DNA of 63,286 nucleotides, filler included. It is 7 parts of 7 records of this genome, joined end to end, with 100 filler letters (N's around TTAATTAATTAA, not from the genome) between each part and the next. Parts side by side here need not be neighbours in the genome. Positions count along the whole stretch, not along the records: positions 7,188 to 15,811 come from SRR31156797_28125; positions 15,912 to 21,724 come from SRR31156797_28181; 5 more parts are not named here. One strand, written 5' to 3'. A model generated the notes under the pieces. The model saw nothing but the letters and a program-made list of their open reading frames with translations, had not been told where the DNA came from and searched no databases. Position numbers and translations under genes: made by a program. Below, piece by piece: positions 8,853 to 18,624 of the stretch. Numbering within the stretch: position 1 is the first letter of the stretch; each line of letters opens with the position of its first letter.

Positions 8853-9488
8853 CTAATTAAAAGTGATGCTAAAACCGGATCCGGACGCCCGGGCGGCCGC
8901 ATCAACGTTGACATCCAGGTGGCGGGCCAGGTCGACGGCAATATCGGCGTCTTTTGGATAATCCGCCTGTTCATCTGCCGGTTCCGCCATAATTTCAACC
9001 GTTTTTTGGTTTTCGGTTTTGGCGGCGTGAAGGACTATTTCGCCTCCTTCCCGGGACCGGCCTAGCAATTCATCTATCAGGTTTGAAAGCAGCATAATCA
9101 GGCTGAAGGGATCGGAGTTCACGGACAGAGCCGGATCGACGTCGTCACTGATTCGCAAACCGATTTTTTTCAGGCGGGCAAAGCGGTTGTTAAGGCTTAC
9201 CGCTTCTTCGAGAATTTCTTTTAAAATCACTGATGTTACGGGTGCGTCCATGCTATGGGCGAATTTATTCAGGTGACGGTTAATCTCCATGCCGCGATTA
9301 GTCTGATCCTTTATCCTGGAAAGAGTCATGCTGAATTTATCTTTGTGTTCAAACTCGCCGTCCCGTTTCATGGCCATGATATCTTCCAGTAATCCGCCTG
9401 ATTCACGGATAATAGCCAGGACGTTGTTCATTTCATGAGTGATACCGGCTGTTATTTTGCCCATGAAGGCGATGCCTTTTCTTTCCAC
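8853..9488 (-). CDS. Sensor-less histidine kinase-like protein (HisKA with degenerate HATPase domain)
   Basis: H-box ITHEMNNVLAII and an N-box remnant LLSNLID; no DxGxG or GxGLG boxes. Confidence 0.8.
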   Translation of the reverse strand: MERKGIAFMGKITAGITHEMNNVLAIIRESGGLLEDIMAMKRDGEFEHKDKFSMTLSRIKDQTNRGMEINRHLNKFAHSMDAPVTSVILKEILEEAVSLNNRFARLKKIGLRISDDVDPALSVNSDPFSLIMLLSNLIDELLGRSREGGEIVLHAAKTENQKTVEIMAEPADEQADYPKDADIAVDLARHLDVNVDAAARASGSGFSITFN

Positions 9489-9621
9489 TTACAGTTCCTC
9501 TCAGATTCACGCCCATTAGGGGAATTGGGTTGAGACCCTTGTCAGGCCGCCGGGAAGTCCTTTAGGCGCCTTTTCCTGCTGCGTCCCGCAAGATATCATT
9601 TATTCCAGGCCGCCTTGAGTC

Positions 9622-10011
9622 CTAATCTTTATTTTCTCGGCCGCCTCCGGTTAGCGACTCTTTCATTTTGCTTATAAGTTCTTCTATTTGAATCGGCTTC
9701 ATCATAAAATCAAATGCGCCCAGGCGCATGCCTTCGATGCCTTCCTCGGTGGAGCCTCTACCGGTCAATAAAATCACCTGTATCTGCGGATAATCCCTTT
9801 TTATGAGCTTCAAAACGTCCAGGCCGCCCATGCCCGGCATCATCACATCAAGGACGACAACTTCTGGCGGACTTTCCTCTATGATCGCCAGGGCTTCCCG
9901 GCCGTCCGTCACGGCGTCGGCCTGGATGCCCCGCATACGCAGCCTTTCAGCAAGCGTCCCGACAAATTCCTCTTCATCATCAATCAATAAGGCCTTCCAT
10001 TCTCCCGTCAT
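9622..10011 (-). CDS. Single-domain response regulator
   Basis: LLIDDEEE, VLDVMMPGMGG, LLTGRG, MKPI. Confidence 0.92.
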   Translation of the reverse strand: MTGEWKALLIDDEEEFVGTLAERLRMRGIQADAVTDGREALAIIEESPPEVVVLDVMMPGMGGLDVLKLIKRDYPQIQVILLTGRGSTEEGIEGMRLGAFDFMMKPIQIEELISKMKESLTGGGRENKD

Positions 10012-11744
10012 CAGCGTTCCATACCCTCTCTGGCCTTTTTGGGTAAAAAGACCGTGAATTTTGTACCCTGCCCCTCTTTACTTTGTACTTCTATGCTGCC
10101 TCCCAAACGTTTAACGATGCCGTAAGTAATTGAAAGGCCGAGCCCGGTTCCGTAAGATTTTTTAGTAGTAAAAAAAGGTTCAAAAATATGTTTTTTAGTT
10201 TTCTCGGACATCCCCATGCCGTTGTCCCTTATGGAAACGGCCACCATGTCTATATCCGGTTCCCAGGAAGTGATATTCACGGTCCCGCCGTTTTCGACGG
10301 CGGAAAAAGCATTATTGATTATATTAAGGAACACCTGCTGCAACTGGCCCTGGTCCGAAGCAATTTTGGGCAGGCTTTCGTCCATTTCCAGAACAAGTTT
10401 GATGTTTCTGTGCAGGGCCTCCTTTTCAAGGAATCCTAAAACTTCCTTTATGACCGCGTTTAAGTCCATTATTTCCACGGCCACATCCATGCGCCTGGCA
10501 AAGCCCAGCAGCCTGTGGGTAATCGCCCGGCAACGGTCCACGGACCCGATGATCGAAGCGGCCAGGGAATTCAATTTTTCACCCTGCGGCAGATCGGGAG
10601 TAAACTCAATCAAGTCCTTCATCAAGCCCGCTTTTTCATTGATTATGGCCAGAGGATTATTAATTTCGTGGGCTACGCCCGCTGCCAGGCGGCCGATAGA
10701 GGCCAGCTTGTTGGTATATTGCATTTCATGAAACAGGACTTTTCGTTTTTGATCCGATTCCTGCATTCTGCGAACCATAACTCCTGTCACCCTGAATATC
10801 ACGGCAATAATAAGAATTATGCTTGCCGCCAGAAATAGGAGTATATCGCCCTTGAGGCTGTACCAGGATTTAAGCGTTTCAGTCCTGGGCTTGATGACAA
10901 CCAGGATGTAGGCCGGAGATACAAAATAGGAATAGCCCATTAATATTTCCTTGCCCTGTGGATCCGTGGTTTCAATAACCGTGGGTTCGTAGCTGGTGGG
11001 AGGCAGTTCCATGGGGAAGGTTTCCAGGACGTCGCCGTAAAATTTTGACGACGTCTGGAATACGCCGCTGCGGTTCAATACAAAGGCGTCTCCCGACGGG
11101 CCCATTCCCATGGAAGCTATCAGTTGGTCGAATTTAGCCGTATCAATAGTGGCCCTGAGTATCCAGAACGTCCCGGGAAGTTCCATGCCCTGGTACACGG
11201 CCATGACCAGGTGAGGGAATTTGCGATACCCTAAAAAGACATCGCTGACGTAAGTTCCCCTGACCCTGACTTCCTGAAACCAGGCCTGCTCGGTGTATCT
11301 CTTGCCTTGAAGTTCATAGGGGCCGACATAGCTGACCTGGACTCCGTCGGAATTAATCAGCCCCAAGTCGACGAATCCGCCGAATTCGGCCCGCATTATT
11401 TCGAATATTTTGTTCAGTTTTTCCTGGTCGGACAGTTCGTTATAAGAATAGGAGGATGCTATGAATTTAACCGCGGAAAATCTTTCGGTAATAAAAAGCT
11501 CAAAAGAGTGCTTGGTCTTGTTTATCATGCCCCTGATCGGCTGGACCACTTCTTCCTGTATGGCTTTCTGGTACTGGTAGTGATTTATAAAAGCCATCAG
11601 GATCAGGGGAATGACCGTAACCACGATCATTGAAATCAACATATTCCGTTTCAGGTAAACATAACGCTTGGAATCGTCATGTTCCGGCGGCAATAAAGGC
11701 TGGTCCGGCGCCCCGCCTGGATTATCTTCCACGTTCCTCATCAT
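10011..11744 (-). CDS. Membrane sensor histidine kinase (Cache-type extracytoplasmic domain, NtrB-like core)
   Basis: Two TM helices; GVAHEINNPL, QVFLNIINNA, DNGMG, FEPFFTTK, GTGLGL. Confidence 0.93.
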   Translation of the reverse strand: MMRNVEDNPGGAPDQPLLPPEHDDSKRYVYLKRNMLISMIVVTVIPLILMAFINHYQYQKAIQEEVVQPIRGMINKTKHSFELFITERFSAVKFIASSYSYNELSDQEKLNKIFEIMRAEFGGFVDLGLINSDGVQVSYVGPYELQGKRYTEQAWFQEVRVRGTYVSDVFLGYRKFPHLVMAVYQGMELPGTFWILRATIDTAKFDQLIASMGMGPSGDAFVLNRSGVFQTSSKFYGDVLETFPMELPPTSYEPTVIETTDPQGKEILMGYSYFVSPAYILVVIKPRTETLKSWYSLKGDILLFLAASIILIIAVIFRVTGVMVRRMQESDQKRKVLFHEMQYTNKLASIGRLAAGVAHEINNPLAIINEKAGLMKDLIEFTPDLPQGEKLNSLAASIIGSVDRCRAITHRLLGFARRMDVAVEIMDLNAVIKEVLGFLEKEALHRNIKLVLEMDESLPKIASDQGQLQQVFLNIINNAFSAVENGGTVNITSWEPDIDMVAVSIRDNGMGMSEKTKKHIFEPFFTTKKSYGTGLGLSITYGIVKRLGGSIEVQSKEGQGTKFTVFLPKKAREGMER

Positions 11745-11756
11745 TATACTTGTCCT

Positions 11757-12107
11757 CTAAGGCATATCGAACAAAATAGCGCCCGGCTCCAAGCCGCCGG
11801 CATTCAGTTTGTTCAACGCCCTTTGCCAAGGGCCGACGACCGAATCGAACACTTTAACCTTTTTCCAGGTAAGATATTGATAAAACTCATCTTCAATACC
11901 GCCGCAAACAACAATGCTCACGTTCTCGGTAAGTATCAGGTGGCACAGTTCCTCCGCGGAAGCCTGCGGCAGAACCATCGTTCTTTGCGTCACTTCAGAA
12001 TCGCCCTTTACCATGATCGCCATCACAACTTCCGTTGTCAGGTCGAACCTGGACGAGACGTCGTTGTCCTGGATGGTTATAAGGATTTTATTTCGGTCTT
12101 CAATCAT
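11757..12107 (-). CDS. NifB/NifX-like (dinitrogenase FeMo-cofactor family) small protein
   Basis: VSSRFD..VVCGGIE..VKVFDSVVG pattern typical of this fold; 116 aa. Confidence 0.65.
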   Translation of the reverse strand: MIEDRNKILITIQDNDVSSRFDLTTEVVMAIMVKGDSEVTQRTMVLPQASAEELCHLILTENVSIVVCGGIEDEFYQYLTWKKVKVFDSVVGPWQRALNKLNAGGLEPGAILFDMP

Positions 12108-12141
12108 ATGAATAATCGCCGGGCGTCATGAAACAACGCCG

Positions 12142-13596
12142 TTAGTCCAAACCGTAATTCTTCATTTTTCTCCAAAGAGTGCTTCTTCCCCAGCCGAGTA
12201 TTTCAGCCGCCCGGCCTCTTTTGCCTCGGGCTTTAACCAGAGCGTCCACAATCATATCCTTTTCAATGGCCGTCCAATTAACTTCTTCAGCTTTGGGGAT
12301 CTTATCAAGGGCCGACGCAGTGTAATCGGCCGCCTGACCCTTTGTCTCACTATCATCTTCCGGGGCTTGCAAGAGATACACGGGCAAATGATCCTGGGAA
12401 ATGGTTTCTCCCTGGCAGATATTGGCCGCATATTCCACTATGTTTCTCAACTCCCTGACATTGCCGGGATAGGGGTACCCGGTCAGGACCCGGCGGGCCT
12501 CATCGGATACGCCGGTAATCTTTTTCTTGAAACGCCCCGAGTATAATTTGAGGAAATAGTCCATCAGAAGTTCAACGTCCTTGCCCCTCTCCCGGAGAGG
12601 CGGAAGCTGCACCCTGACAACATTGAGCCGGAACAACAGGTCTTCCCTGAACCTGCCTTCTTTAACCATTTGTTCCAAATTGCGGTGTGTGGCCGCCACT
12701 ACGCGGACATCCACGTGATAACCCTTGGCCGTGCCAAGCGGGTAGACAATTTTATCGTCAAGAAAGGTCAGCAGTTTTACCTGCAGCGACAGGGGAAGGT
12801 CTCCGATTTCAGTTAAAAAGAGAGTCCCGCCCTTGGCCAGCCTGATTCTTCCGGGCTTATCCGCGACCGCTCCGGTAAAAGCGCCTTTTTTATGGCCAAA
12901 CATCTCGGACTCGAGAAGAGTCTCGGGCAGGGCGCCGCAATTAACCTTGATAAAAGGCCCGCGATTGCGCTCGGAAGCTTCATGGATGGCTTCCGCGACC
13001 ATGTCCTTGCCCGTTCCTGTTTCTCCGGTAATGAGCACGGATGAATCCGTCTGCCCAAACACGGGGATTATTTTGAAAAGTTCGTCCATTTTTGGGCTTC
13101 GGCCCAGTAGGCCTCCAAAAGCAATTTCATCCGTGGGCAGGCTGTCCATCTGATTGAAACGGCGAATATCTTCAACTGTTTCCATGTATCCGACGGTGTC
13201 GCCGTTTATGTCTTTCAGGGGCGTGGCCGTGGTGCGTATCGGGATTCTGCTTCTCGCTCTGTTGATAATGTCTCCGGAAACAGTAACCGGGGCGCCTTCG
13301 GCGTCGGCTTCCAAAACCGGGCAGTTATGGGTGCAGAAATTTGTTCTCAAGATATAACGGCAGGGAATCAGTCGGATTTCGTCGCGATTAAAGCCGGTCA
13401 GAGCTTCAAGTTGCTGGTTTACGGCCAGAATCCTTCTATCCCTGTCCAGGATGATCACGCCGGCGGGCAGTTCGTCAATAAGAGCGGAAAGGCTTACGGG
13501 CGTGGGAAAAAGTCCCATGACCTTTCCGATATCAAACCGGTCCAAAACGGAATTATCATCCCGATCCCGGACCTGAAGTTTATCGGAAGAAGCCAT
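12142..13596 (-). CDS. PAS-domain sigma-54-dependent transcriptional activator (Fis-type HTH)
   Basis: PAS N-terminus, GETGTGKD, GAFTGA, FREDLLFRL, PGNVREL, C-terminal RSTLWRKMK. Confidence 0.93.
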   Translation of the reverse strand: MASSDKLQVRDRDDNSVLDRFDIGKVMGLFPTPVSLSALIDELPAGVIILDRDRRILAVNQQLEALTGFNRDEIRLIPCRYILRTNFCTHNCPVLEADAEGAPVTVSGDIINRARSRIPIRTTATPLKDINGDTVGYMETVEDIRRFNQMDSLPTDEIAFGGLLGRSPKMDELFKIIPVFGQTDSSVLITGETGTGKDMVAEAIHEASERNRGPFIKVNCGALPETLLESEMFGHKKGAFTGAVADKPGRIRLAKGGTLFLTEIGDLPLSLQVKLLTFLDDKIVYPLGTAKGYHVDVRVVAATHRNLEQMVKEGRFREDLLFRLNVVRVQLPPLRERGKDVELLMDYFLKLYSGRFKKKITGVSDEARRVLTGYPYPGNVRELRNIVEYAANICQGETISQDHLPVYLLQAPEDDSETKGQAADYTASALDKIPKAEEVNWTAIEKDMIVDALVKARGKRGRAAEILGWGRSTLWRKMKNYGLD

Positions 13597-14168
13597 TAAT
13601 TAATGATATCTTTCGGTTTCTCGGTTCCGTAAAAGTCTGACTGAAACGCGCCCGGCGCCGCCTTTATCGCCTGTTTCATCGCGTTTGCACTATTATCAAT
13701 CCCGGCGATCCCGCTCGGTTTTGTAATGTATGTCGACCGCCGGCCGCGCCGTTTGCTTGAAGATCTGTTCGCCGGCGCGAAATCGACATGCCGAAGAATC
13801 TATCATGATGTAACGGAAAGGGTCAACGCACAAATACAATTTAGAACATTCCCTACTTACTTATTGATTCTAAATGATTCGCTTTGATTCAATTTATATG
13901 GACACCCATCTTTACAGATAATCTCTTCATCCTGAACCTCTCCGGACACCCATATTTATTAAATTAATTTCACCCGGGAAAACCTGGCATAACCAAGCCG
14001 CCACAAAAGCAGTTCTCCATATCACTTTGTTATCTTTACCAAATGGCCATTTCCATTCCAACTGAGGCAAGGCTTAAGGCGACGATGGTTTCAAAATCGG
14101 ACGCCTGCCTATATATTTTGGTTTATGTCCGGAAAAAACAATGAATCACAGTTAAGCGGGGAGTTGTC

Positions 14169-15811
14169 ATGAAGATTTTTAACTTATGGCGGGGACTGAT
14201 TCCCCTGGTGATAATCCTTATAACGACGCCGGCAACAAGGGCGGCCTATGCGGAGCTTAAGGAATTTGATCTGACAATCGCATACAAAACGGTGAACTAC
14301 ACCGGCAAATCTGTAAAAGCGATGTCCATTAATGGTGGAATTCCCGGGCCGGTTTTGGAATTGACGGAAGGCGACAGGGTTCGGATCAGGGTGCACAACG
14401 AAATGGATGTTGAGACGTCCGTGCACTGGCACGGCTTGCTGCTGCCCAACCGCGAAGACGGCGTACCCTATTTGACGACTCCGCCGATCAGGCCTGACAA
14501 GACATATGTTTACCAGTTTCCTATCAAGCAGGCCGGGACATACTGGTATCATTCCCATACCGGCCTTCAGGAACAGAGGGGCGTTTACGGGGGCATTGTT
14601 ATCCATCCGAAAAACAAGCTGGTTAAAGCCGACCGGGAATATGTTCTTGTGCTTTCGGACTGGACCGACGAGGACCCGGATGAAGTTATGCGCACGCTTA
14701 AAAGAGGCAGCGAATACTATGCCTTGAAAAAAGGATCCGTGCAGAGCATTGCCGGGGCGATCAAGGCGGGCAAACTGGCTAGCGTAATGAAACGGTCCTG
14801 GAGCCGCATGCCTCCCATGGATATATCGGATGTGGGTTACGACGCCTTTTTGGTTAACGGGGCGCCCGAAACTTCTTTCAAGGCCAGGCCGGGGGAGACG
14901 ATTCGTTTGAGAATCATCAATGCCGCGGCTTCGACGTATTTCTACCTCCAATTCGCCGGCGGTCCCATGCAGCTCATATCCGCGGACGGGCTTGATGTCA
15001 GGCCGGTCCCGCAACACCGCTTTTTGATTGCCATTGCAGAGACTTATGATGTTTTGATAAGCGTTCCCCATGACGGCGCTTTTGAATTCAGGGCCACGGC
15101 CCAGGATGGATCCGGCCATGCCTCCGCGTATTTCGGCGCCGGCCGCAAGGTAAAAGCGCCCGACGTTCCCAAACCGAATTTATACATGATGCATTCCGGG
15201 CATGACATGGCTTCAATGAAACCTGAGGGCGAGGATCAAGGACAGGACGGCCATAAGATGCATCCGGTTATGAATGACAAGGACAAGGTGGAGCCTATGC
15301 AAACAGGGGCCGCCAACAACGAAATGAAACCGCACGCGATGTCTGAAAACGGGAGCATGCCCGGTATGAAGCACAAGGCATCAGAGCCGTCATCCGGTAT
15401 GCGGATGGAAAATGAGGCGGCCCCGCATGACCCATCGCACAAAATGGATGATCGCCCTCTAGCCCCTTACGACATGCTGCAGGCCCCGACGCCGACAAAT
15501 CTTCCACACGGCCGGCCCTGGAAAACCATAAACCTGAAAGTCACCGGAGACATGGAAAGGTATGTCTGGTCCTTTAATGGCAAGACGCTTCTTGAAGCCG
15601 ACATGATACGAATAGAACGCGGGCATAACATCCGCATTGTGTTTGACAATGAGACCATGATGCACCACCCCATTCATCTTCACGGGCATTTCTTTCGCGT
15701 GGTGAACCGTCACGGCGCCCATTCGCCTTTAAAACATACTGTTGACGTCCCGCCGCTTGGGAAGCAGGTGATTGAATTTCATGGCAGCGAAGACAAGGAC
15801 TGGTTTATGCA
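14169..15811 (+). CDS. Multicopper oxidase (CopA/PcoA-like), 3' partial
   Basis: Signal peptide; HWHG, WYHSH, HPIHLHGH, WFM(H) at the contig end; His/Met-rich linker. Confidence 0.9.
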
Positions 15812-15911
15812 NNNNNNNNNNNNNNNNNNNNNNNNNNNNNNNNNNNNNNNNNNNNTTAATTAATTAANNNNNNNNNNNNNNNNNNNNNNNNNNNNNNNNN
15901 NNNNNNNNNNN
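15812..15911. other. Artificial contig linker
   Basis: N-run with TTAATTAATTAA. Confidence 0.97.
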
Positions 15912-16478
15912 GATGTCCACGGCGCAGTCCGGCGGATTCCAGCGGTGGGTACTGTAATTGTCCGAGGCCCACTTGATGTCATAGCTTGTGAAATTGTCTG
16001 TTGATGGATTGCTTTGGGGGGTGAAGAGATGCATCTTGCCCTTGTAGGCGATGTCGTATCCGGATTTTTCAGCCAGCTTGAAGATATTGGTAATGTCGTT
16101 GCGCAGGGGAGGGTTGGGCGGAACCTGTGTTACTCCATGCACGCTGGGGTATACTCCGGTTAGGAAACTGGCTCGGCTGGGCGAACAGGCGGATGCGGCT
16201 ATGAAATTGTTGCTGAAAGTGACACCTTTTTTTTGCAAGCGGGCCATGCTGGGCATGTTTTCTTCCAGCCATCCGGCGGGCCAGTGCTGCTCCTGCCGTT
16301 GCTGGTCAGTGATGATCAGCAGGATGTTGGGCCGCTTCGTTCCGTTTCTTTTGAGTGGGGGCTCTATGGCTGCGGATTTTGCCTTTGCTGTTGAATTTCC
16401 CAGCACACCGGAGGCCACAGCCCCTGCTGTTAATGCTAAACCGCCTTTCAGGAATTCACGCCTTGTTTTATCTTTCAT
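15912..16478 (-). CDS. Tat-exported Cys-type sulfatase, 3' partial
   Basis: TRREFLK Tat signal, PNILLIITDQQR, CSPSR formylglycine motif, GKMH; ATG 16478 with GGAGG. Confidence 0.88.
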
Positions 16479-16547
16479 TGCCTTCCCTCCTTTCCAGATA
16501 ATTAAAACCACTATACGTGAAAATGACGGCTAGGGATATGTTTATAC

Positions 16548-17798
16548 TTATCTACCGCAGCACCTTTTGAATTTCTTGCCGCTTCCACATAGGCAAGGCC
16601 GGTTTCTTCCGGGGGTGCTATTGGAAATATCTTCTGTGTTTCTGCTTTTCGCTTGCATGGCAGAATATTGTTTTTTCCACTCTCGGGCTAACTGGCGAAA
16701 TCTCTTGTCTGAATATTCGAAGAATCTTTTATAGGCCGGACAAAGGTGGGTTAGACTCTTGTTACCATGTCCCGTGAGTCGGTCCTTTGGGCATCCTCCT
16801 CGACATAGGGCAAGCCAGCGACAATTCATGCATTTTGCTGGCAGGTTCGCCTTCCTGCACCCGAAAGCATATTGCTTTCCGGAATTCAGCATGTCCTTTA
16901 GGTTAGAATTTCCTATATTTCCGAGACACCACTCTGGCTGGACAAAGAAGTCGCAGGAAAAGATATCTCCGTTATACTCAACCACCACATAGTTTCCGCA
17001 TTCACCCAGCAGGGTACATTCAGGAGCAGGGTTCTCCATGTATAAATGAAACAAAGAGTCAAACATGCGCACGGAAGTAGTTGGCTTGAGACCTGAAAAA
17101 TCATTCATCCAGAGATCAAAAATGCGACAGAGGAAGGATCCGTATTCTTCAGCAGGAACTGAAAAAGGCAATAGCCGTGAAGGGGCGGTCTTATCCATTT
17201 CCACGCAGGGGATGAACTGCATGTGGGATAACCCCAGTTTTTTGTGAAATTGATATATCTCGTCTGGAAAGCGAACAGTGTAGTCGTTTACGACAATGAG
17301 AGCGTTTACAGCCAGATCAGCGGCAAGCATCTTCTCGGCATTGGCTATGACTTTTTGCCAAGTGCCGTTTCCGCTGCGGCTTCGGCGGTAATGGTCGTGG
17401 ATGTGTTCCGGCCCATCCAATGACAAGCCCACGAGCCAGTTGTATGATTTCAGGAAGTGAATCCAATTGTTGTCAATGAGCAGACCGTTGGTCTGGAGGC
17501 CATTTCCCACCATCTGCCCGCGACCGAAGTGTTGCTGTAAATTAACGCATTTTTGGTAAAATTCCAGCCCCATCAACGTGGGTTCTCCGCCTTGCCAGAT
17601 GAAATTAATTTGATTTTCAGATTGCTCCATAGCCTGACGGATCAGTTCTTCTTGTACATCCCCGGACATGCGATGTTTCGGGCTATCCTTAAATAGTTTG
17701 TCTTTTTTCAGATAGAAACAATAGGTGCAGGCCATGTTGCAGTCTGGTCCTGCCGGTTTGATTAGAATGGTTTGCAGTGGTTTACGCATCCTTTTCAA
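16548..17798 (-). CDS. Anaerobic sulfatase maturase (radical SAM/SPASM) with C-terminal SEC-C motif
   Basis: KPAGPDCNMACTYCFY, WQGGEP, SPASM cysteines, PGRNRPCLCGSGKKFKRCC; start could be ATG 17789. Confidence 0.92.
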   Translation of the reverse strand: MKRMRKPLQTILIKPAGPDCNMACTYCFYLKKDKLFKDSPKHRMSGDVQEELIRQAMEQSENQINFIWQGGEPTLMGLEFYQKCVNLQQHFGRGQMVGNGLQTNGLLIDNNWIHFLKSYNWLVGLSLDGPEHIHDHYRRSRSGNGTWQKVIANAEKMLAADLAVNALIVVNDYTVRFPDEIYQFHKKLGLSHMQFIPCVEMDKTAPSRLLPFSVPAEEYGSFLCRIFDLWMNDFSGLKPTTSVRMFDSLFHLYMENPAPECTLLGECGNYVVVEYNGDIFSCDFFVQPEWCLGNIGNSNLKDMLNSGKQYAFGCRKANLPAKCMNCRWLALCRGGCPKDRLTGHGNKSLTHLCPAYKRFFEYSDKRFRQLAREWKKQYSAMQAKSRNTEDISNSTPGRNRPCLCGSGKKFKRCCGR

Positions 17799-17828
17799 TT
17801 AGCATCTGTGCATGATTATGTCTGCATT

Positions 17829-17863
17829 AAAAAAGCTCAGGATACGAACTTCGCATCCTGAGC
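17829..17863 (-). terminator. Rho-independent terminator after the thioesterase gene
   Basis: Minus strand GCTCAGGATGCGAAGTTCGTATCCTGAGC followed by TTTTTT. Confidence 0.8.
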
Positions 17864-17893
17864 CTTTAATATCTATATCTATATTTGAGCAGT

Positions 17894-18619
17894 CTATTCC
17901 ACTTTCAAAGCAAAAGCAGCTTTACCTTCGGTTTCATTAAGACCGATCAACTCATAACCTTCCTCGTCACAATCACAATCCATCAATTTAATGGAATTAC
18001 CTTCAAAGACTTCGGAAAGGAAGGCAATGCGGATTGAACTCACCTTGTTCTGATCGAACCCCAGAGGGCGCAGTCCGTCAAATGACCAGCGCAGGTATTC
18101 GGTATTGTTGACGTGTCCATTGGCATCAAGGGAGCTGTAGCCCACATTCAGGGCGCGGAGTTCCTTTTCAGGTGTACCGGGACGCAGTCTTTTCATTGTG
18201 TCCGGGAAAACGCAGCGGTCTTGAGCATGCAGGTTTAACTTTTGATCTATGGCAATCGGTCTGCGGGTTTCCGAGTCCAGCACCATCCATTCTGAAGAAG
18301 CACGGATGATTTCGCGTCCGTCTTCATCACAACCGGAGAAGTCGCGGAAGGCACGCAGTTTTTTGGCTCCCCGTGACCATGTGGTCAACGCAAAAGTTTT
18401 TTCGCGCACCGGCAGTTCTGTAATCTCAATACGCATTGAAGTCAGTACCCAGAAACAGCCCAGCTTCGCCATATCTTCGATGCCGAAGCCGAGTGAGTCA
18501 GCATGGGCGGTGGCTGCTTCCTGCAACCTGCACATGAGCCAATGGCAGTGCATGCGGTCATCCGGTCCCGTCTCGTATGCCGGGACCGTGTTGCTGATCA
18601 AAAGTGAGCTGTTGTTCAT
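17894..18619 (-). CDS. Acyl-ACP thioesterase (double hot-dog fold)
   Basis: LQEAATAHA, WVLTSMRIEI, LDANGHVNNTEYLRW. The real start is ATG 18619, just after the shc stop; the longer ORF overlaps shc. Confidence 0.88.
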   Translation of the reverse strand: MNNSSLLISNTVPAYETGPDDRMHCHWLMCRLQEAATAHADSLGFGIEDMAKLGCFWVLTSMRIEITELPVREKTFALTTWSRGAKKLRAFRDFSGCDEDGREIIRASSEWMVLDSETRRPIAIDQKLNLHAQDRCVFPDTMKRLRPGTPEKELRALNVGYSSLDANGHVNNTEYLRWSFDGLRPLGFDQNKVSSIRIAFLSEVFEGNSIKLMDCDCDEEGYELIGLNETEGKAAFALKVE

Positions 18620-18624
18620 TTTTA

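Noticed and set aside
11757-12107. Nitrogen fixation gene
   Set aside because: The NifB/NifX-like fold occurs widely outside nif clusters and no nifHDK genes are present.
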